Of a DNA stretch of 13,493 nt, positions 1-6,559 are shown piece by piece. Location: assembly GCA_041736305.1 (NCBI GenBank), contig JBGSTX010000139.1, positions 1 to 13,493 on the forward strand, written 5' to 3'. Each line of letters begins with the position of its first letter. Positions within the stretch are counted from its first letter, which is position 1. This stretch comes from Oligoflexus sp. (GTDB taxonomy: Bacteria > Bdellovibrionota_B > Oligoflexia > Oligoflexales > Oligoflexaceae). Below the pieces are notes generated by a model. It was not told where the DNA came from. It searched no databases and was given only the letters and a program-made list of their open reading frames with translations. A program made the position numbers and the translations under genes.

Positions 1-178
1 TGCCCTTCGCGACTGAGATAGGTTCGACGCTGTCCGGAGCGGTACAATGTTCGCCGGTTTTATTCGCACAGTAGTAGGGTCGCGTTTCAAGGAGGACAGT
101 ATCCTGCCTCGTTGTTTTGCAGGCCGTGAGCGCGGCTAAAAGCACAGGGACGATGAGTATCTGGACACAAGAGAACAT
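1..178 (-). CDS. Putative lipoprotein, N-terminal part only (runs off the left edge); not in the ORF track
   Basis: Manual minus-strand translation from ATG at 178 is open to the edge: MFSCVQILIVPVLLAALTAC-KTTRQDTVLLETRPYYCANKTGEHCTAPDSVEPISVAKG. It has a hydrophobic signal with lipobox LTAC (Cys20) and GGAG 9 nt upstream. An alternative in-frame ATG lies at 196. Confidence 0.75.
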   Translation of the reverse strand, partial: MFSCVQILIVPVLLAALTACKTTRQDTVLLETRPYYCANKTGEHCTAPDSVEPISVAKG

Positions 179-417
179 GGGGAGCTGCTCCAGCATTCAA
201 TTGAGCGATGATTTGATCCATCATACAGCTCAAGTCGCTTCTCAAGCAATCAAACCATCGCCTTTCCCATTATTACTTACGAACAAAAAGCTTATCCTCT
301 CAAGAAAAATTGAGGCTACGATGAATATGAAGATATCTTGCGAAGTTTTTCCATAATCGTTACAAGGAAACAACTGACCAGCCAGTTGAAAAATTTAATG
401 CGTTTTAAGGAGTAGCG

Positions 418-1206
418 ATGATAGCTAAGACAATCATCTTTTCTGCAGCAGTTTTGGCAGTAAGTGCCTGCGGTAGATCTGGCGACAATGGAACAGACGC
501 AAGCGATCTAAAAATTTATGGCGGCGCCAAAGTTGAGCAAAACGATGAAGTTGCTAAGTACACTGTAGTACTCTTGCAAAACAATCAGCCCTTGTGCAGC
601 GGCGTCTTGATCGCGCCGAGACTCGTGGTAACGGCGGCTCACTGCCGATTAGGCATCAAATCAGGTCGACCTGCCTACGTAGGTTTTGGCTTGAAAGCTA
701 AAAATGCTGAACTGGTTCAGATGAAAAATTTTATAGCGCATGAAGCCTTCGACGCAGCCGCGGGAGTACAAGGTTCAAAAGATGTAGAAGTCAACGACGT
801 AGGCTTGATTCAGCTCGCGGAAGATGCACCAGCTGCGTACGAACCTGTTCAGGTTCTCTCCCGCAGTGACAGCCTCACTTTATCTGAGCCAGTCACCCTT
901 GCTGGCTTCGGCAAAACCGATAAGAAGTCGGGCTGGTTTGGAACGATTGTCGGCGAGCTCTATCAAGTTGATACTAAGCTTATAGAAGAAGCGCCAAACG
1001 CCAAGGAAGTTTGGCTAGGTGATTCGCCAGGCAAGAGCTCATGCAACGGTGACTCGGGTGGTCCTGCCCTCGTTGAACGTCAGGGCTCTCTCAAACTACT
1101 AGGTGTGACTTCGCGAGGCCGCGACTGTAAGTCAGAGGTTATCTACACCGACCTTCGCTACTTCCGCGAATGGATCCGTCAAACAGCAGCGACCTTCGGT
1201 GAGTAA
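418..1206 (+). CDS. Lipoprotein serine protease, S1 (trypsin/chymotrypsin) family
   Basis: RBS AAGGAG 407-412; lipobox VSAC (Cys18); mature-domain start IYGG; catalytic motifs TAAHC, NDVGLI and GDSGGP; C-terminal YTDL..FREWI. Confidence 0.95.
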   Translation: MIAKTIIFSAAVLAVSACGRSGDNGTDASDLKIYGGAKVEQNDEVAKYTVVLLQNNQPLCSGVLIAPRLVVTAAHCRLGIKSGRPAYVGFGLKAKNAELVQMKNFIAHEAFDAAAGVQGSKDVEVNDVGLIQLAEDAPAAYEPVQVLSRSDSLTLSEPVTLAGFGKTDKKSGWFGTIVGELYQVDTKLIEEAPNAKEVWLGDSPGKSSCNGDSGGPALVERQGSLKLLGVTSRGRDCKSEVIYTDLRYFREWIRQTAATFGE

Positions 1207-1225
1207 TTCCTCCCGCTAAAACTCC

Positions 1226-1250
1226 CTAGACCATGCTGCGCATGGTCTAG
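1226..1250. other. Perfect 11-bp stem-loop after the protease stop (possible terminator or mRNA 3' stabiliser)
   Basis: CTAGACCATGC-TGC-GCATGGTCTAG, 19 nt after the stop. No U-tract follows on the + strand. Confidence 0.55.
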
Positions 1251-1454
1251 CGGCAAAACTTCCGCAAAGTAAATATTTCGAAGTTCAAACAAAGCAGCCC
1301 TCGAATCCCCTCAGAACTCCGCCAGGCCTGTTTTCCAGGTCAATTCAGTTGAAAAACATTCAACTAAAAAAATTAAAAAATGATTTGAAATAGCTCTCTA
1401 GTACTTGCTGCTAGCGGCTTTGGGTTTCCTACATGTCGGTGATTTTCCTATACA

Positions 1455-1463
1455 TGATATTAT
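1455..1463 (+). promoter_or_regulatory. Candidate extended -10 sigma70 promoter for the Gln-rich lipoprotein gene
   Basis: TG-A-TATTAT matches TGnTATAAT (5/6 in the hexamer). No convincing -35. Confidence 0.4.
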
Positions 1464-1647
1464 TGAGGGCTCTCATTCTCTGTTTACAGAATCATCAGAT
1501 AAGTCTATCACGAATCCAACACAATCCCTTCCAGACCGAGGGAAGACGAAACTCGAACTTTAAAAATATTGTCTGAATTGACTTTGCAGGACACAGTCTC
1601 TGCAAATAGAGATCAATAGTGCCTTTTTCCAACTTTAGGAGACTTTA

Positions 1648-2433
1648 ATGAGAACATCGAAGCACCTTGCAGTCGGCCTCGCGTTAGCCATGGGTCTTGT
1701 TGCTTGCGGTAAAGATAGCAAGAGCACAGCAAGCAAAGACGCAGAAATTGGCCTTCCATTGGCCAATGTAGCTGCTGATAAAGCTGACGTATCTGAAGAT
1801 AAAGGCCTCGAAGAAGCCGCTCAACAAGTTGAGCAAGCTGCTCAGCAAGTAGAGCAAGCTTCTCAAGAAGCTCAAATGCCTACTGACCAAGGTGAGCAAG
1901 TAAATCAAGAGCTGCAACAAGCTGCTGAGAAAGTTCAGCAGTCGACTGAAAAAGGTCAAGTCACCCCAGAGAAGGGTGAGGAAATTCAACAGCAGATCCA
2001 ACAAGCTCAACAACAAATTCAGCAGACTGTAGAAGAATCTAAGTCTCCTGAAAAAGGCCAAGAAGAAACTGCTCAAGAGCTGCAAGAAGTAGCTCAGCAG
2101 CTGCAACAAACAGCTCAGCAGATCCAAGAGCAAGTTCAGCAGCAGCAACAAGCTCCTGCTAAGCAAGAAGAGCAAGCTCCTGTTCAGCAAGAGCAACAAG
2201 CTCCTGCTAAGCAAGAACAAGCTCCTGTTCAGCAGCAACAAGCTCCTGCTCAGCAAGAGCAACAAACTCCTGCTCAGCAAGAGCAACAAACTCCTGCTCA
2301 GCAAGAGCAACAAACTCCTGCTCAGCAAGAGCAACAAACTCCAGTCGTAGAAGCTAAAGAAGAGCAAACTACTCAGCAGCAACAAACTGCTGAGCAAGAG
2401 CAAACTACTCAAAGCAGCCAAGAGCAAAAATAA
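1648..2433 (+). CDS. Gln/Glu/Ala-rich low-complexity lipoprotein with a helical region and Pro-containing repeat tail
   Basis: RBS AGGAGA 1637-1642; lipobox LVAC (Cys20); heptad-like segments (LEEAAQQ VEQAAQQ VEQASQE); QQEQQ(T/A)PA repeats; followed by a strong terminator. Confidence 0.9.
   Translation: MRTSKHLAVGLALAMGLVACGKDSKSTASKDAEIGLPLANVAADKADVSEDKGLEEAAQQVEQAAQQVEQASQEAQMPTDQGEQVNQELQQAAEKVQQSTEKGQVTPEKGEEIQQQIQQAQQQIQQTVEESKSPEKGQEETAQELQEVAQQLQQTAQQIQEQVQQQQQAPAKQEEQAPVQQEQQAPAKQEQAPVQQQQAPAQQEQQTPAQQEQQTPAQQEQQTPAQQEQQTPVVEAKEEQTTQQQQTAEQEQTTQSSQEQK
2243..2342 (+). repeat. In-frame 24-bp tandem repeat, 4 perfect copies plus 4 nt, encoding PAQQEQQT
   Basis: Unit CTCCTGCTCAGCAAGAGCAACAAA at 2243, 2267, 2291 and 2315. 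Degenerate related units lie upstream from about 2140. Confidence 0.95.
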
Positions 2434-2494
2434 GCTCTAATGCTTTGCAGAGATTGAACTGGCAGGTAAAGCAGCACTAGCAAACTTGTCATTC

Positions 2495-2528
2495 AAAAGG
2501 CGTCATTACTTCGGTGATGACGCCTTTT
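2495..2528 (+). terminator. Rho-independent terminator (potentially bidirectional)
   Basis: AAAA-GGCGTCATTAC-TTCG-GTGATGACGCC-TTTT: 11-bp stem with one G-U pair and a C(UUCG)G tetraloop. Confidence 0.9.
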
Positions 2529-2566
2529 CATCTTTCAATAGAGCAAATCGCTAGAAGAAGAAGACT

Positions 2567-2854
2567 ATGGAAGGTGCTAAAGTCGAATTCTTTGTTTACA
2601 TAGTCCTCTGCAGAGACAATTCATTTTATACCGGCATCGCGAAAGATGTCGATCGACGGTATAGCGAGCACGCTGCTGGTCGAGGAGCGCGTTATACTCG
2701 GTCGCGTGGAGTCGAAAAGATAGTGTATCGGGAAGGCCCCTTAGGCCACGGAGATGCTTTGCGACGAGAACGGCAGATCAAGGCGCTGAACCGCAGTCAG
2801 AAAGAAGCTCTAATCAGCTCTCCCAGTGAGCCTGCCTTTCCTACGCACAAATAA
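2567..2854 (+). CDS. GIY-YIG nuclease family protein (UPF0213, YhbQ/YazA-like)
   Basis: FVYIVLCRDNSFYTG, RRYSEH..GRGARYTR and ALRRERQIK..R..KEALI match the stand-alone ~95 aa GIY-YIG family. Confidence 0.92.
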   Translation: MEGAKVEFFVYIVLCRDNSFYTGIAKDVDRRYSEHAAGRGARYTRSRGVEKIVYREGPLGHGDALRRERQIKALNRSQKEALISSPSEPAFPTHK

Positions 2855-3204
2855 ATCAGTCAAAATATCTATCCTTGCTGAGGTTCATACCCAAAGCAGC
2901 GCATTGAATTGATGACGTGCATCTCAAGCTAATAAAAATGAGGAAACGGATTTTGGCCAAAACCTCAAGTCTATACAAGCGTTGGAACTGATAAAACCAT
3001 GCCTTAGCTCAAATTGACGGAAAAAGTATATTTTGCTTGATGCTATCTGTTTTACTTTCCCCTCGCGTGTCACCAAAATAATGGGGGAGCTTGGCTAGAG
3101 CTTTTTTTGCTGCTAAGGCAAAGAGTGGTGGGCGGACAGAGCAGCTCCCTATGAATATAAATGTCTCGGCGCAGAACGCATGAAATCCTGGCAGCTTACA
3201 GTTT

Positions 3205-3211
3205 CTATACT
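3205..3211 (+). promoter_or_regulatory. Candidate -10 element (CTATACT) upstream of the trehalose synthase gene
   Basis: CTATACT ends 54 nt before ATG 3266. It fits a sigma70-family -10 and the E. coli RpoS-type consensus. No clear -35. Confidence 0.35.
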
Positions 3212-3265
3212 TCTTGCTTCGGATCTAAGCGCAGACATCGGACCACTTTTAAAAGAGAAGATGAT

Positions 3266-5530
3266 ATGTCTAAACTCATTATAGTGTCCCATCGCTTGCC
3301 TTACACTTGTTCGATCGACAAGGGTCAAATCGAGCTGAAGCCGTCTGTTGGCGGATTGGCAACCGGTCTGATGCCGCTCCTGCAAAAGGACGCCATCTGG
3401 ATTGGATGGCATGGTTACACGCAAAGACTGAGTAAGGCAGAATCAAAGCTGATCGAAAAAGAGTTTTCTGAACGACACTGTCTACCGCTCCCTCTGCCTG
3501 TAGAAAAGCAAAAAATCTTCTATAACGATGTAGCGAATGGGATAATCTGGCCCCTTTACCACTACCACGCTGACCATCTCCCCATGCACCTCCACGGCTG
3601 GGAAATCTATGAAGAGATCAACCGCCTCTACGCAGATTTTATAGCTGAGCACGCTGAACCAGGAGATGTTGTTTGGATTCATGATTATCACCTTCAAGTG
3701 CTGCCGCAGATGCTGCGCGAACGGCATCTCAAGGTGAAAATTGGTTTCTTCCTCCACATACCTTTCCCCTCCTACGAAATTTTTCGCATCCTTCCCTGGC
3801 GCGAAGAGATCTTGGAAGGAATTCTAGGGTCGGATTTGGTGGGTTTTCATACCGAAAGCTATGGACAGTATTTTCGCGATGCAGTGGAAAAAATTCTTGG
3901 GCTACAAAGCCAGGAAGACTGTATCGCACTCGATAAAAGGCGGGTGGAAATTGCAGCTTTTCCACTAGGGGTCGACTTCCAGCAATGGGCGGAGCTGGCC
4001 AACCGTGATGCTTCTAGCATACTCGCGTCTTCTCTCCAGAATCTCAAGGCTGAGCATCCCTTTCACCGCTTTCTCCTGTCGGTAGATCGGCTCGACTATA
4101 CTAAAGGTTTGCCGCGTAAACTCTTGGCTTTCGAACGTTTGCTCGAGCAACACCAGGAGCTGCGAGGCCTGGTCTCCCTAGTCCAGATAGCCCCTCCAAG
4201 TCGTGATGCCGTTGCAGCCTATGGTCGCTATCGCAAGCAAGTCGAAGAACTTGTTGGACGGATCAACGGAAAATACGGTCTTCCCGGCTATCAACCTGTT
4301 CAATATATAGCTCGCTCCTTCAGCAGCGAAGAGATTAGTCTTCTCTATCCCATTACAGACGTTATGGTTGTGACTCCCCTCCGCGATGGGATGAATCTGG
4401 TAGCTAAAGAATTTATAGCTTCGAGAACTGATGAAGATGGTGTCCTCGTGCTCAGTGAATTAGCCGGGGCTGCTGCCGAACTCGGAGAGGCCTTGCAGGT
4501 CAACCCTTTCGATATCGATAAGACGGCTGCAGTTTTCTTCGAAGCTGTAACTATGGATGCAGAAGAGCGGAAAATGCGCATGCGAGCCATGCGCGCCAAA
4601 ATACAAAATTTCGATACGCATTCCTGGGCCCAAACCTTCATCGAACGACTGAGCCGCATAGAAGAGAAGAGCGACGAACGCGAGTATGTCCTACCGAAAG
4701 ACCTAGCTCTAACGCTCTTCGAACAGCGTCATCGGCTAGTGATCTTTATCGATTATGAATCCGCTTTGAATGGCGGAGCAGACCTTGATGAAACAGGCGC
4801 GCCTGACGCCCAGACTAAGATGCTTCTTACCCGCTTAGCCCGGCTCGACCAATGCGAAATCCACCTTATCAGCGAGCGCAGCAAAACTGAACTGGCTCAG
4901 TGGTTTGCTCCGGGCCCTCTCTATCTGCATTCCGAATATGGAGCCTGGACGATGCCACCTGGCAGCGAGGAGGCTAGTTCACGCTTGTTAAGCGATCCTA
5001 ATCTGCGTGAAACGCTGGAGAAGGCTGGGCAAATATTTGAAGATTATGCGCGGCGAACACCAGGGGTTCTGATTCAGAAAAAGTCGGCTTCTGTCATGTG
5101 CTACTATCGGCTGACGGAACTTACCCGAGGCGAAAGAGCGATTCAACGCCTCCGCGAGCTCCTGACGAGCCAGCTTCCTATGGACTGCTTCGATCTGGTC
5201 GCCGGCAAGAGATACCTAGAGCTTCGTTTGCGTGAAGCGCGCAAGGATCGCATTGTTGCTGAGAGAGCCGCGCATCAGCAACCCTTCGAATATCTTCTGC
5301 TTATCGGTGACGATCTAGACGCATCCTTACCTCATCACGAGCAGACCCTCAATGTGCTGGTAGGCTCGCGCAAGAGCCAGACAAGAATTCAGCTCCGGAG
5401 CAGTGATGCTCTGCTGGAAATGCTGCGCTATCTGGAACTATTTATTTCGTCGGATAGCTTGCCCGCTCAGACAAGTCGCATATCTTCCGCTCAAAAAGCT
5501 GAAGGTATTAGTTTCATGCCACTTCTTTAG
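3266..5530 (+). CDS. Fused trehalose-6-phosphate synthase (GT20, OtsA-like) and trehalose phosphatase-like HAD domain
   Basis: TPS motifs present: VSHRLP, GGLATGL, WIGW, WPLYHY, WIHDYHL, GFFLHIPFP, VDRLDYTKG, TPLRDGMNLVAKEF, LSELAGAA. C-terminal HAD-like domain: FIDYESAL, ISER, IGDD. Start moved from 3161 to 3266 because MSKLIIVSHRLP is the typical family N-terminus. Confidence 0.93.
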   Translation: MSKLIIVSHRLPYTCSIDKGQIELKPSVGGLATGLMPLLQKDAIWIGWHGYTQRLSKAESKLIEKEFSERHCLPLPLPVEKQKIFYNDVANGIIWPLYHYHADHLPMHLHGWEIYEEINRLYADFIAEHAEPGDVVWIHDYHLQVLPQMLRERHLKVKIGFFLHIPFPSYEIFRILPWREEILEGILGSDLVGFHTESYGQYFRDAVEKILGLQSQEDCIALDKRRVEIAAFPLGVDFQQWAELANRDASSILASSLQNLKAEHPFHRFLLSVDRLDYTKGLPRKLLAFERLLEQHQELRGLVSLVQIAPPSRDAVAAYGRYRKQVEELVGRINGKYGLPGYQPVQYIARSFSSEEISLLYPITDVMVVTPLRDGMNLVAKEFIASRTDEDGVLVLSELAGAAAELGEALQVNPFDIDKTAAVFFEAVTMDAEERKMRMRAMRAKIQNFDTHSWAQTFIERLSRIEEKSDEREYVLPKDLALTLFEQRHRLVIFIDYESALNGGADLDETGAPDAQTKMLLTRLARLDQCEIHLISERSKTELAQWFAPGPLYLHSEYGAWTMPPGSEEASSRLLSDPNLRETLEKAGQIFEDYARRTPGVLIQKKSASVMCYYRLTELTRGERAIQRLRELLTSQLPMDCFDLVAGKRYLELRLREARKDRIVAERAAHQQPFEYLLLIGDDLDASLPHHEQTLNVLVGSRKSQTRIQLRSSDALLEMLRYLELFISSDSLPAQTSRISSAQKAEGISFMPLL

Positions 5531-5555
5531 CTGTCATTTAGACAGCGCGCCAAGA

Positions 5556-5584
5556 TTGACAGATCCACAAGCAGAAAGTAGATT
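5556..5584 (+). promoter_or_regulatory. Sigma70-type promoter for the OmpA-domain lipoprotein
   Basis: TTGACA (5556-5561), a 17-nt spacer, then TAGATT (5579-5584). Confidence 0.7.
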
Positions 5585-5669
5585 GCTCTATGCCCAACGT
5601 CGTTTCGATGTGGGCGAGCTTTCTTACTGCTGTTGATTGCCTGATCTTGCGCTGAAGAGGAGATAACTG

Positions 5670-6464
5670 ATGCGGAAGTCCCTGTCGATAACTCTGGTTT
5701 CTTTGAGCTGCTTAGCTCTTTTTCTGCCTCTAACGGCCTGTACCCACACCGATTCCCCTGCCGATGAAAGTCTTCAGATCAGCTCTGAGCCCGAAACTTC
5801 GAACGACGCCGATACTCCCAAGACCAATGCACCCTTAGCGCTAACTCCAAGCGAGGAAGAAGCTGCTATCGTCGAGCAAATTGCTCCCAATGTAGCTCCT
5901 CCAGCTCCTGAGAACAGTGAAAGTGGCGACTTCCTCAACCCGAGTGAGGTTGGCTTGACCCAAGGTGCGCCAGACACAAGCATGGGAGAACTAGATAGTA
6001 CGTATACTGAGCCTGCACCTGCCCCCAAGAAAAAGAGTAAAGCTAAAGGCAAGTCCAAAGCTCAGAAAAAAGTCCGTGCAAACCTTCCGCTTGAAGACGG
6101 CACAGATTCTTCCGCCCTTCAAAGCGAGTCGACTCTTAGCGATCCGACCAGCCACGTCGCTGAGGCCAGCGTCATTTTTAGTCCAGGTAGCGCAGTCATT
6201 CCGAAAAAATACCAAGCTAAACTCGTTGAGGTAGCCCATCAGTTGCAGGCTGATCGCAAATTGAAAGTAGTGCTGTCTGGCCACGCGGATTCCACAAGCA
6301 ATGCCAAGCGCAATCGAGCTCTTGCCAAGAAACGCGCTCAAGCCGTCAAAAGTCTTCTCTTGAAAAATGGCGTTAAAGCGGCTCAGGTTCAGATCGAAGC
6401 TGCCAAACCGCTTTTAGCTTCAAATCGCGACGCAGCACGCAAGCTAGAACTGTTTCTTAAATAA
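5670..6464 (+). CDS. OmpA-like peptidoglycan-binding domain lipoprotein with a long disordered linker
   Basis: RBS AGGAG 5658-5662; lipobox LTAC (Cys24); acidic/Pro/Ser-rich linker; C-terminal domain VIFSPGSA..LSGHADS..NRALAKKRAQAVK..L...GV. Confidence 0.85.
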   Translation: MRKSLSITLVSLSCLALFLPLTACTHTDSPADESLQISSEPETSNDADTPKTNAPLALTPSEEEAAIVEQIAPNVAPPAPENSESGDFLNPSEVGLTQGAPDTSMGELDSTYTEPAPAPKKKSKAKGKSKAQKKVRANLPLEDGTDSSALQSESTLSDPTSHVAEASVIFSPGSAVIPKKYQAKLVEVAHQLQADRKLKVVLSGHADSTSNAKRNRALAKKRAQAVKSLLLKNGVKAAQVQIEAAKPLLASNRDAARKLELFLK

Positions 6465-6487
6465 TCGGGGTGGCTTTCCGCGCCGAT

Positions 6488-6524
6488 AAAAAAAGCTCTG
6501 ACCAATTTGGCCAGAGCTTTTTTT
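6488..6524. terminator. Bidirectional intrinsic terminator between the convergent OmpA-domain genes
   Basis: A7-GCTCTGACCAATTTGGCCAGAGC-T7. Confidence 0.9.
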
Positions 6525-6559
6525 CGTTTTAAAGGAGCCTCTTAGCGAGCGAAGCTAGC

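Noticed and set aside
286..296. AAAAGCTTATC also found at 8558-8568, upstream of both minus-strand lipoprotein genes
   Set aside because: Here there is no GCCGATAA-like -10 at the 15-nt spacing, so a second sigma28 promoter is unsupported and the match is likely chance.
117..356. 79-aa plus-strand ORF
   Set aside because: TTG start with no recognisable features. It overlaps the better-supported minus-strand lipoprotein and the divergent promoter region.
1251..1275. GGCAAAAC...CGCAAAG resembling a c-di-GMP-I riboswitch
   Set aside because: The P2 hairpin with its GNRA loop and the downstream P3 stem are missing and the spacing is too short.
2140..2420. Repeats as a possible CRISPR array
   Set aside because: Head-to-tail in-frame coding repeats with no unique spacers and no cas genes.
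1684..2427. 247-aa Leu-rich minus-strand ORF
   Set aside because: Antisense shadow of the CAA/CAG/GAG-rich lipoprotein gene. The + strand gene has the RBS, lipobox and terminator.
2567..2854. GIY-YIG protein as a homing endonuclease or mobile element
   Set aside because: It is the short stand-alone UPF0213 type with no DNA-binding extension, and no intron, terminal repeats or transposase lie nearby.
3161..3265. 35-codon N-terminal extension of the TPS gene
   Set aside because: Family similarity begins at Met 3266, and the extension contains a plausible -10 element.
5530..5546. GCTGTC-ATTTA-GACAGC hairpin after the TPS stop
   Set aside because: Only 6 bp with no U-tract, so a function cannot be supported.
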